Source: Auanema rhodensis (lineage: Eukaryota > Animalia > Nematoda). From it: a DNA stretch of 64,000 nucleotides. The notes beneath the pieces are model-generated. The model saw only the letters and a list, made by a program, of their open reading frames with translations. It was not told the DNA's origin and did not search any database. Made by a program: the position numbers and the translations under genes. The first letter of the stretch is position 1, and each line of letters starts with the position of its first letter. Positions 11,579-24,909 of this stretch are shown piece after piece. Where the stretch lies: contig OZ059899.1 of assembly GCA_964057225.1 (NCBI GenBank), positions 2,418,001-2,482,000 on the forward strand, given 5' to 3'.

Positions 11579-14500
11579 AAGCTGCGTCGATCTGTGTTAT
11601 CAGATTTGCGCTAGCTTAAAAATGCACCGAGATATCAACTGATATAAGTACACACTTATATCCTCGATTTTCACCCTGAAGAATTGATTTTTCGTTGAAT
11701 AACATTGTCTATCGTCTTTGTCTTGAAAAATGGAATCTAAAAACATCTACTTTTTGCTAAATTATTTTGAAATTTTTCGAAAAAATTTTTGTCAAAATGT
11801 TTTTGGAAGCAATGTTGAGTGTACATGGAAACTCAACATACACTAATGCATCATTTTTCAAACGATCATAACTAATTTGTGTATTAAGCGTTTCTCAATG
11901 TAGTATAGTGCATTCGATGCGGATTTTTAAGCTGCGTCGATCTGTGTTATCAGATTTGCGCTAGCTTAAAATTGCACCGAGATATCAACTGATATAAGTT
12001 CACACTTATATCCTCGATTTTCACCCTGAAGAATTGATTTTTTCGTTGAATAACATTGTCTATCGTCTTTGCCTTAAAAAATGGAATCTAAAAACATCTA
12101 CTTTTTGCTAAATTATTTTGAAATTTTTCGAAAAAATTTTTGTCAAAATGTTTTTGGAAGCAATGTTGAGTGTACATGGAAACTCAACATACACTAATGC
12201 ATCATTTTTCAAACAATCATAACTAATTTGTGTATTAAGCGTTTCTCAATGTAGTATAGTGCATTCGATGCGGATTTTTAAGCTGCGTCGATCTGTGTTA
12301 TCAGATTTGCGCTAGCTTAAAAATGCACCGAGATATCAACTGATATAAGTTCACACTTATATCCTCGATTTTCACCCTGAAGAATTGATTTTTTCGTTGA
12401 ATAACATTGTCTATCGTCTTTGCCTTGAAAAATGGAATTTAAAAACATCTACTTTTTGCTAAATTATTTTGAAATTTTTCGAAAAAATTTTTGTCAAAAT
12501 GTTTTTGGAAGCAATGTTGAGTGTACATGGAAACTCAACATACACTAATGCATCATTTTTCAAACAATCATAACTAATTTGTGTATTAAGCGTTTCTCAA
12601 TGTAGTATAGTGCATTCGATGCGGATTTTTAAGCTGCGTCGATCTGTGTTATCAGATTTGCGCTAGCTTAAAAATGCACCGAGATATCAACTGATATAAG
12701 TACACACTTATATCCTCGATTTTCACCCTGAAGAATTGATTTTTCGTTGAATAACATTGTCTATCGTCTTTGTCTTGAAAAATGGAATCTAAAAACATCT
12801 ACTTTTTGCTAAATTATTTTGAAATTTTTCGAAAAAATTTTTGTCAAAATGTTTTTGGAAGCAATGTTGAGTGTACATGGAAACTCAACATACACTAATG
12901 CATCATTTTTCAAACGATCATAACTAATTTGTGTATTAAGCGTTTCTCAATGTAGTATAGTGCATTCGATGCGGATTTTTAAGCTGCGTCGATCTGTGTT
13001 ATCAGATTTGCGCTAGCTTAAAATTGCACCGAGATATCAACTGATATAAGTTCACACTTATATCCTCGATTTTCACCCTGAAGAATTGATTTTTTCGTTG
13101 AATAACATTGTCTATCGTCTTTGCCTTGAAAAATGGAATCTAAAAACATCTACTTTTTGCTAAATTATTTTGAAATTTTTCGAAAAAATTTTTGTCAAAA
13201 TGTTTTTGGAAGCAATGTTGAGTGTACATGGAAACTCAACATACACTAATGCATCATTTTTCAAACGATCATAACTAATTTTTGTATCAAGCGTTTCTCA
13301 ATGTAGTATAGTGCATTCGATGCGGATTTTTAAGCTGCGTCGATCTGTGTTATCAGATTTGCGCTAGCTTAAAAATGCACCGAGATATCAACTGATATAA
13401 GTTCACACATATATCCTCCATTTTCACCCTGAAGAATTAATTTTTTCGTTGAATAACATTGTCCATCGTCTTTGCCTTGGAAAATGGAATCTAAAAACAT
13501 CTACTTTTTGCTAAATTATTTTGAAATTTTTGGAAAAAATTTTTGTCAAAATGTTTTTGGAAGCAATGTTGAGTGTACATGGAAACTCAACATACACTAA
13601 TGCATCATTTTTCAAACGATCATAACTAATTTTTGTATCAAACGTTTCTCAATGTAGTATAGTGCATTCGATGCGGATTTTTAAGCTGCGTCGATCTGTG
13701 TTATCAGATTTGCGCTAGCTTAAAAATGCACCGAGATATCAACTGATATAAGTTCACACTTATATCCTCGATTTTCACCCTGAAGAATTAATTTTTTCGT
13801 TGAATAACATTGTCCATCGTCTTTGCCTTGGAAAATGGAATCTAAAAACATCTACTTTTTGCTAAATTATTTTGAAATTTTTCGAAAAAATTTTTGTCAA
13901 AATGTTTTTGGAAGCAATGTTGAGTGTACATGGAAACTCAACATACACTAATGCATCATTTTTCAAACAATCATAACTAATTTGTGTATTAAGCGTTTCT
14001 CAATGTAGTATAGTGCATTCAATGCGGATTTTTAAGCTGCGTCGATCTGTGTTATCAGATTTGCGCTAGCTTAAAAATGCACCGAGATATCAACTGATAT
14101 AAGTTCACACTTATATCCTCGATTTTCACCCTGAAGAATTGATTTTTTCGTTGAATAACATTGTCTATCGTCTTTGCCTTGAAAAATGGAATCTAAAAAC
14201 ATCTACTTTTTGCTAAATTATTTTGAAATTTTTCGAAAAAATTTTTGTCAAAATGTTTTTGGAAGCAATGTTGAGTGTACATGGAAACTCAACATACACT
14301 AATGCATCATTTTTCAAACAATCATAACTAATTTGTGTATTAAGCGTTTCTCAATGTAGTATAGTGCATTCGATGCGGATTTTTAAGCTGCGTCGATCTG
14401 TGTTATCAGATTTGCGCTAGCTTAAAAATGCACCGAGATATCAACTGATATAAGTTCACACTTATATCCTCGATTTTCACCCTGAAGAATTGATTTCTTC

Positions 14501-17500
14501 GTTGAATAACATTGTCTATCGTCTTTGCCTTGAAAAATGGAATTTAAAAACATCTACTTTTTGCTAAATTATTTTGAAATTTTTCGAAAAAATTTTTGTC
14601 AAAATGTTTTTGGAAGCAATGTTGAGTGTACATGGAAACTCAACATACACTAATGCATCATTTTTCAAACAATCATAACTAATTTGTGTATTAAGCGTTT
14701 CTCAATGTAGTATAGTGCATTCGATGCGGATTTTTAAGCTGCGTCGATCTGTGTTATCAGATTTGCGCTAGCTTAAAAATGCACCGAGATATCAACTGAT
14801 ATAAGTTCACACTTATATCCTCGATTTTCACCCTGAAGAATTGATTTTTCGTTGAATAACATTGTGTATCGTCTTTGTCTTGAAAAATGGAATCTAAAAA
14901 CATCTACTTTTTGCTAAATTATTTTGAAATTTTTCGAAAAAATTTTTGTCAAAATGTTTTTGGAAGCAATGTTGAGTGTACATGGAAACTCAACATACAC
15001 TAATGCATCATTTTTCAAACGATCATAACTAATTTGTGTATTAAGCGTTTCTCAATGTAGTATAGTGCATTCGATGCGGATTTTTAAGCTGCGTCGATCT
15101 GTGTTATCAGATTTGCGCTAGCTTAAAATTGCACCGAGATATCAACTGATATAAGTTCACACTTATATCCTCGATTTTCACCCTGAAGAATTGATTTTTT
15201 CGTTGAATAACATTGTCTATCGTCTTTGCCTTGAAAAATGGAATCTAAAAACATCTACTTTTTGCTAAATTATTTTGAAATTTTTCGAAAAAATTTTTGT
15301 CAAAATGTTTTTGGAAGCAATGTTGAGTGTACATGGAAACTCAACATACACTAATGCATCATTTTTCAAACAATCATAACTAATTTGTGTATTAAGCGTT
15401 TCTCAATGTAGTATAGTGCATTCGATGCGGATTTTTAAGCTGCGTCGATCTGTGTTATCAGATTTGCGCTAGCTTAAAAATGCACCGAGATATCAACTCA
15501 TATAAGTTCACACTTATATCCTCGATTTTCACCCTGAAGAATTGATTTTTTCGTTGAATAACATTGTCTATCGTCTTTGCCTTGAAAAATGGAATTTAAA
15601 AACATCTACTTTTTGCTAAATTATTTTGAAATTTTTCGAAAAAATTTTTGTCAAAATGTTTTTGGAAGCAATGTTGAGTGTACATGGAAACTCAACATAC
15701 ACTAATGCATCATTTTTCAAACAATCATAACTAATTTGTGTATTAAGCGTTTCTCAATGTAGTATAGTGCATTCGATGCGGATTTTTAAGCTGCGTCGAT
15801 CTGTGTTATCAGATTTGCGCTAGCTTAAAAATGCACCGAGATATCAACTGATATAAGTTCACACTTATATCCTCGATTTTCACCCTGAAGAATTAATTTT
15901 TTCGTTGAATAACATTGTCCATCGTCTTTGCCTTGGAAAATGGAATCTAAAAACATCTACTTTTTGCTAAATTATTTTGAAATTTTTGGAAAAAATTTTT
16001 GTCAAAATGTTTTTGGAAGCAATGTTGAGTGTACATGGAAACTCAACATACACTAATGCATCATTTTTCAAACGATCATAACTAATTTTTGTATCAAACG
16101 TTTCTCAATGTAGTATAGTGCATTCGATGCGGATTTTTAAGCTGCGTCGATCTGTGTTATCAGATTTGCGCTAGCTTAAAAATGCACCGAGATATCAACT
16201 GATATAAGTTCACACTTATATCCTCGATTTTCACCCTGAAGAATTGATTTTTTCGTTGAATAACATTGTCTATCGTCTTTGCCTTGAAAAATGGAATTTA
16301 AAAACATCTACTTTTTAATAAATTATTTTGAAATTTTTCGAAAAAATTTTTGTCAAAATGTTTTTGGAAGCAATGTTGAGTGTACATGGAAACTCAACAT
16401 ACACTAATGCATCATTTTTCAAACAATCATAACTAATTTGTGTATTAAGCGTTTCTCAATGTAGTATAGTGCATTCGATGCGGATTTTTAAGCTGCGTCG
16501 ATCTGTGTTATCAGATTTGCGCTAGCTTAAAAATGCACCGAGATATCAACTGATATAAGTTCACACTTATATCCTCGATTTTCACCCTGAAGAATTGATT
16601 TTTCGTTGAATAACATTGTCTATCGTCTTTGTCTTGAAAAATGGAATCTAAAAACATCTACTTTTTGCTAAATTATTTTGAAATTTTTCGAAAAAATTTT
16701 TGTCAAAATGTTTTTGGAAGCAATGTTGAGTGTACATGGAAACTCAACATACACTAATGCATCATTTTTCAAACGATCATAACTAATTTGTGTATTAAGC
16801 GTTTCTCAATGTAGTATAGTGCATTCGATGCGGATTTTTAAGCTGCGTCGATCTGTGTTATCAGATTTGCGCTAGCTTAAAAATGCACCGAGATATCAAC
16901 TGATATAAGTTCACACTTATATCCTCGATTTTCACCCTGAAGAATTGATTTTTTCGTTGAATAACATTGTCTATCGTCTTTGCCTTGAAAAATGGAATCT
17001 AAAAACATCTACTTTTTGCTAAATTATTTTGAAATTTTTCGAAAAAATTTTTGTCAAAATGTTTTTGGAAGCAATGTTGAGTGTACATGGAAACTCAACA
17101 TACACTAATGCATCATTTTTCAAACAATCATAACTAATTTGTGTATTAAGCGTTTCTCAATGTAGTATAGTGCATTCGATGCGGATGTTTAAGCTGCGTC
17201 GATCTGTGTTATCAGATTTGCGCTAGCTTAAAAATGCACCGAGATATCAACTGATATAAGTTCACACTTATATCCTCGATTTTCACCCTGAAGAATTAAT
17301 TTTTTCGTTGAATAACATTGTCCATCGTCTTTGCCTTGGAAAATGGAATCTAAAAACATCTACTTTTTGCTAAATTATTTTGAAATTTTTCGAAAAAATT
17401 TTTGTCAAAATGTTTTTGGAAGCAATGTTGAGTGTACATGGAAACTCAACATACACTAATGCATCATTTTTCAAACAATCATAACTAATTTGTGTATTAA

Positions 17501-18243
17501 GCGTTTCTCAATGTAGTATAGTGCATTCGATGCGGATTTTTAAGCTGCGTCGATCTGTGTTATCAGATTTGCGCTAGCTTAAAAGTGCACCGAGATATCA
17601 ACTGATATAAGTTCACACTTATATCCTCGATTTTCACCCTGAAGAATTAATTTTTTCGATGAATAACATTGTCCATCGTCTTTGCCTTGGAAAATGGAAT
17701 CTAAAAACATCTACTTTTTGCTAAATTATTTTGAAATTTTTCGAAAAAATTTTTGTCAAAATGTTTTTGGAAGCAATGTTGAGTGTACATGGAAACTCAA
17801 CATACACTAATGCATCATTTTTCAAACAATCATAACTTATTTGTGTATTAAGCGTTTCTCAATGTAGTATAGTGCATTCAATGCGGATTTTTAAGCTGCG
17901 TCGATCTGTGTTATCAGATTTGCGCTAGCTTAAAAATGCACCGAGATATCAACTGATATAAGTTCACACTTATATCCTCGATTTTCACCCTGAAGAATTG
18001 ATTTTTTCGTTGAATAACATTGTCTATCGTCTTTGCCTTGAAAAATGGAATCTAAAAACATCTACTTTTTGCTAAATTATTTTGAAATTTTTCGAAAAAA
18101 TTTTTGTCAAAATGTTTTTGGAAGCAATGTTGAGTGTACATGGAAACTCAACATACACTAATGCATCATTTTTCAAACAATCATAACTAATTTGTGTATT
18201 AAGCGTTTCTCAATGTAGTATAGTGCATTCGATGCGGATTTTT

Positions 18244-21200
18244 AAGCTGCGTCGATCTGTGTTATCAGATTTGCGCTAGCTTAAAAATGCACCGAGATAT
18301 CAACTGATATAAGTTCACACTTATATCCTCGATTTTCACCCTGAAGAATTGATTTTTCGTTGAATAACATTGTCTATCGTCTTTGTCTTGAAAAATGGAA
18401 TCTAAAAACATCTACTTTTTGCTAAATTATTTTGAAATTTTTCGAAAAAATTTTTGTCAAAATGTTTTTGGAAGCAATGTTGAGTGTACATGGAAACTCA
18501 ACATACACTAATGCATCATTTTTCAAACGATCATAACTAATTTGTGTATTAAGCGTTTCTCAATGTAGTATAGTGCATTCGATGCGGATTTTTAAGCTGC
18601 GTCGATCTGTGTTATCAGATTTGCGCTAGCTTAAAATTGCACCGAGATATCAACTGATATAAGTTCACACTTATATCCTCGATTTTCACCCTGAAGAATT
18701 GATTTTTTCGTTGAATAACATTGTCTATCGTCTTTGCCTTGAAAAATGGAATCTAAAAACATCTACTTTTTGCTAAATTATTTTGAAATTTTTCGAAAAA
18801 ATTTTTGTCAAAATGTTTTTGGAAGCAATGTTGAGTGTACATGGAAACTCAACATACACTAATGCATCATTTTTCAAACGATCATAACTAATTTTTGTAT
18901 TAAGCGTTTCTCGATGTAGTATAGTGCATTCGATGCGGATTTTTAAGCTGCGTCGATCTGTGTTATCAGATTTGCGCTAGCTTAAAAATGCACCGAGATT
19001 TTAACTGATATAAGTTCACACTTATATCCTCGATTTTCACCCTGAAGAATTGATTTTTTCGTTGAATAACATTGTCTATCGTCTTTGCCTTGAAAAATGG
19101 AATCTAAAAACATCTACTTTTTGCTAAATTATTTTGAAATTTTTCGAAAAAATTTTTGTCAAAATGTTTTTGGAAGCAATGTTGAGTGTACATGGAAACT
19201 CAACATACACTAATGCATCATTTTTCAAACAATCATAACTAATTTGTGTATTAAGCGTTTCTCAATGTAGTATAGTGCATTCAATGCGGATTTTTAAGCT
19301 GCGTCGATCTGTGTTATCAGATTTGCGCTAGCTTAAAAATGCACCGAGATATCAACTGATATAAGTTCACACTTATATCCTCGATTTTCACCCTGAAGAA
19401 TTGATTTTTTCGTTGAATAACATTGTCTATCGTCTTTGCCTTGAAAAATGGAATCTAAAAACATCTACTTTTTGCTAAATTATTTTGAAATTTTTCGAAA
19501 AAATTTTTGTCAAAATGTTTTTGGAAGCAATGTTGAGTGTACATGGAAACTCAACATACACTAATGCATCATTTTTCAAACAATCATAACTAATTTGTGT
19601 ATTAAGCGTTTCTCAATGTAGTATAGTGCATTCGATGCGGATTTTTAAGCTGCGTCGATCTGTGTTATCAGATTTGCGCTAGCTTAAAAATGCACCGAGA
19701 TATCAACTGATATAAGTTCACACTTATATCCTCGATTTTCACCCTGAAGAATTGATTTTTCGTTGAATAACATTGTCTATCGTCTTTGTCTTGAAAAATG
19801 GAATCTAAAAACATCTACTTTTTGCTAAATTATTTTGAAATTTTTCGAAAAAATTTTTGTCAAAATGTTTTTGGAAGCAATGTTGAGTGTACATGGAAAC
19901 TCAACATACACTAATGCATCATTTTTCAAACGATCATAACTAATTTGTGTATTAAGCGTTTCTCAATGTAGTATAGTGCATTCGATGCGGATTTTTAAGC
20001 TGCGTCGATCTGTGTTATCAGATTTGCGCTAGCTTAAAATTGCACCGAGATATCAACTGATATAAGTTCACACTTATATCCTCGATTTTCACCCTGAAGA
20101 ATTGATTTTTTCGTTGAATAACATTGTCTATCGTCTTTGCCTTGAAAAATGGAATCTAAAAACATCTACTTTTTGCTAAATTATTTTGAAATTTTTCGAA
20201 AAAATTTTTGTCAAAATGTTTTTGGAAGCAATGTTGAGTGTACATGGAAACTCAACATACACTAATGCATCATTTTTCAAACGATCATAACTAATTTTTG
20301 TATTAAGCGTTTCTCGATGTAGTATAGTGCATTCGATGCGGATTTTTAAGCTGCGTCGATCTGTGTTATCAGATTTGCGCTAGCTTAAAAATGCACCGAG
20401 ATTTTAACTGATATAAGTTCACACTTATATCCTCGATTTTCACCCTGAAGAATTGATTTTTTCGTTGAATAACATTGTCTATCGTCTTTGCCTTGAAAAA
20501 TGGAATCTAAAAACATCTACTTTTTGCTAAATTATTTTGAAATTTTTCGAAAAAATTTTTGTCAAAATGTTTTTGGAAGCAATGTTGAGTGTACATGGAA
20601 ACTCAACATACACTAATGCATCATTTTTCAAACAATCATAACTAATTTGTGTATTAAGCGTTTCTCAATGTAGTATAGTGCATTCAATGCGGATTTTTAA
20701 GCTGCGTCGATCTGTGTTATCAGATTTGCGCTAGCTTAAAAATGCACCGAGATATCAACTGATATAAGTTCACACTTATATCCTCGATTTTCACCCTGAA
20801 GAATTGATTTTTTCGTTGAATAACATTGTCTATCGTCTTTGCCTTGAAAAATGGAATCTAAAAACATCTACTTTTTGCTAAATTATTTTGAAATTTTTCG
20901 AAAAAATTTTTGTCAAAATGTTTTTGGAAGCAATGTTGAGTGTACATGGAAACTCAACATACACTAATGCATCATTTTTCAAACGATCATAACTAATTTG
21001 TGTATTAAGCGTTTCTCAATGTAGTATAGTGCATTCGATGCGGATTTTTAAGCTGCGTCGATCTGTGTTATCAGATTTGCGCTAGCTTAAAAATGCACCG
21101 AGATATCAACTGATATAAGTTCACACTTATATCCTCGATTTTCACCCTGAAGAATTGATTTTTTCGTTGAATAACATTGTCTATCGTCTTTGCCTTGAAA

Positions 21201-22803
21201 AATGGAATCTAAAAACATCTACTTTTTGCTAAATTATTTTGAAATTTTTCGAAAAAATTTTTGTCAAAATGTTTTTGGAAGCAATGTTGAGTGTACATGG
21301 AAACTCAACATACACTAATGCATCATTTTTCAAACAATCATAACTAATTTGTGTATTAAGCGTTTCTCAATGTAGTATAGTGCATTCGATGCGGATTTTT
21401 AAGCTGCGTCGATCTGTGTTATCAGATTTGCGCTAGCTTAAAAATGCACCGAGATATCAACTGATATAAGTTCACACTTATATCCTCGATTTTCACCCTG
21501 AAGAATTGATTTTTCGTTGAATAACATTGTCTATCGTCTTTGTCTTGAAAAATGGAATCTAAAAACATCTACTTTTTGCTAAATTATTTTGAAATTTTTC
21601 GAAAAAATTTTTGTCAAAATGTTTTTGGAAGCAATGTTGAGTGTACATGGAAACTCAACATACACTAATGCATCATTTTTCAAACGATCATAACTAATTT
21701 GTGTATTAAGCGTTTCTCAATGTAGTATAGTGCATTCGATGCGGATTTTTAAGCTGCGTCGATCTGTGTTATCAGATTTGCGCTAGCTTAAAATTGCACC
21801 GAGATATCAACTGATATAAGTTCACACTTATATCCTCGATTTTCACCCTGAAGAATTGATTTTTTCGTTGAATAACATTGTCTATCGTCTTTGCCTTGAA
21901 AAATGGAATCTAAAAACATCTACTTTTTGCTAAATTATTTTGAAATTTTTCGAAAAAATTTTTGTCAAAATGTTTTTGGAAGCAATGTTGAGTGTACATG
22001 GAAACTCAACATACACTAATGCATCATTTTTCAAACGATCATAACTAATTTTTGTATTAAGCGTTTCTCGATGTAGTATAGTGCATTCGATGCGGATTTT
22101 TAAGCTGCGTCGATCTGTGTTATCAGATTTGCGCTAGCTTAAAAATGCACCGAGATTTTAACTGATATAAGTTCACACTTATATCCTCGATTTTCACCCT
22201 GAAGAATTGATTTTTTCGTTGAATAACATTGTCTATCGTCTTTGCCTTGAAAAATGGAATCTAAAAACATCTACTTTTTGCTAAATTATTTTGAAATTTT
22301 TCGAAAAAATTTTTGTCAAAATGTTTTTGGAAGCAATGTTGAGTGTACATGGAAACTCAACATACACTAATGCATCATTTTTCAAACAATCATAACTAAT
22401 TTGTGTATTAAGCGTTTCTCAATGTAGTATAGTGCATTCAATGCGGATTTTTAAGCTGCGTCGATCTGTGTTATCAGATTTGCGCTAGCTTAAAAATGCA
22501 CCGAGATATCAACTGATATAAGTTCACACTTATATCCTCGATTTTCACCCTGAAGAATTGATTTTTTCGTTGAATAACATTGTCTATCGTCTTTGCCTTG
22601 AAAAATGGAATCTAAAAACATCTACTTTTTGCTAAATTATTTTGAAATTTTTCGAAAAAATTTTTGTCAAAATGTTTTTGGAAGCAATGTTGAGTGTACA
22701 TGGAAACTCAACATACACTAATGCATCATTTTTCAAACGATCATAACTAATTTGTGTATTAAGCGTTTCTCAATGTAGTATAGTGCATTCGATGCGGATT
22801 TTT
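18244..22803. repeat. Local 4/5-mer higher-order repeat marked by GAGATTTTAA and CTCGATGT variants, 3 copies
   Basis: The m56T/58T variant occurs at 19000, 20403 and 22157, each time preceded by an E monomer and a 44T/320G monomer. Confidence 0.85.
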
Positions 22804-24909
22804 AAGCTGCGTCGATCTGTGTTATCAGATTTGCGCTAGCTTAAAAATGCACCGAGATATCAACTGATATAAGTTCACACTTATATCCTCGATTTTCACC
22901 CTGAAGAATTGATTTTTTCGTTGAATAACATTGTCTATCGTCTTTGCCTTGAAAAATGGAATTTAAAAACATCTACTTTTTGCTAAATTATTTTGAAATT
23001 TTTCGAAAAAATTTTTGTCAAAATGTTTTTGGAAGCAATGTTGAGTGTACATGGAAACTCAACATACACTAATGCATCATTTTTCAAACAATCATAACTA
23101 ATTTGTGTATTAAGCGTTTCTCAATGTAGTATAGTGCATTCGATGCGGATTTTTAAGCTGCGTCGATCTGTGTTATCAGATTTGCGCTAGCTTAAAAATG
23201 CACCGAGATATCAACTGATATAAGTTCACACTTATATCCTCGATTTTCACCCTGAAGAATTGATTTTTTCGTTGAATAACATTGTCTATCGTCTTTGCCT
23301 TGAAAAATGGAATCTAAAAACATCTACTTTTTGCTAAATTATTTTGAAATTTTTCGAAAAAATTTTTGTCAAAATGTTTTTGGAAGCAATGTTGAGTGTA
23401 CATGGAAACTCAACATACACTAATGCATCATTTTTCAAACAATCATAACTAATTTGTGTATTAAGCGTTTCTCAATGTAGTATAGTGCATTCAATGCGGA
23501 TTTTTAAGCTGCGTCGATCTGTGTTATCAGATTTGCGCTAGCTTAAAAATGCACCGAGATATCAACTGATATAAGTTCACATTTATATCCTCGATTTTCA
23601 CCCTGAAGAATTGATTTTTTCGTTGAATAACATTGTCTATCGTCTTTGCCTTGAAAAATGGAATCTAAAAACATCTACTTTTTGCTAAATTATTTTGAAA
23701 TTTTTCGAAAAAATTTTTGTCAAAATGTTTTTGGAAGCAATGTTGAGTGTACATGGAAACTCAACATACACTAATGCATCATTTTTCAAACAATCATAAC
23801 TAATTTGTGTATTAAGCGTTTCTCAATGTAGTATAGTGCATTCGATGCGGATTTTTAAGCTGCGTCGATCTGTGTTATCAGATTTGCGCTAGCTTAAAAA
23901 TGCACCGAGATATCAACTGATATAAGTTCACACTTATATCCTCGATTTTCACCCTGAAGAATTGATTTTTTCGTTGAATAACATTGTCTATCGTCTTTGC
24001 CTTGAAAAATGGAATTTAAAAACATCTACTTTTTGCTAAATTATTTTGAAATTTTTCGAAAAAATTTTTGTCAAAATGTTTTTGGAAGCAATGTTGAGTG
24101 TACATGGAAACTCAACATACACTAATGCATCATTTTTCAAACAATCATAACTAATTTGTGTATTAAGCGTTTCTCAATGTAGTATAGTGCATTCGATGCG
24201 GATTTTTAAGCTGCGTCGATCTGTGTTATCAGATTTGCGCTAGCTTAAAAATGCACCGAGATATCAACTGATATAAGTTCACACTTATATCCTCGATTTT
24301 CACCCTGAAGAATTGATTTTTTCGTTGAATAACATTGTCTATCGTCTTTGCCTTGAAAAATGGAATCTAAAAACATCTACTTTTTGCTAAATTATTTTGA
24401 AATTTTTCGAAAAAATTTTTGTCAAAATGTTTTTGGAAGCAATGTTGAGTGTACATGGAAACTCAACATACACTAATGCATCATTTTTCAAACAATCATA
24501 ACTAATTTGTGTATTAAGCGTTTCTCAATGTAGTATAGTGCATTCAATGCGGATTTTTAAGCTGCGTCGATCTGTGTTATCAGATTTGCGCTAGCTTAAA
24601 AATGCACCGAGATATCAACTGATATAAGTTCACATTTATATCCTCGATTTTCACCCTGAAGAATTGATTTTTTCGTTGAATAACATTGTCTATCGTCTTT
24701 GCCTTGAAAAATGGAATCTAAAAACATCTACTTTTTGCTAAATTATTTTGAAATTTTTCGAAAAAATTTTTGTCAAAATGTTTTTGGAAGCAATGTTGAG
24801 TGTACATGGAAACTCAACATACACTAATGCATCATTTTTCAAACAATCATAACTAATTTGTGTATTAAGCGTTTCTCAATGTAGTATAGTGCATTCGATG
24901 CGGATTTTT

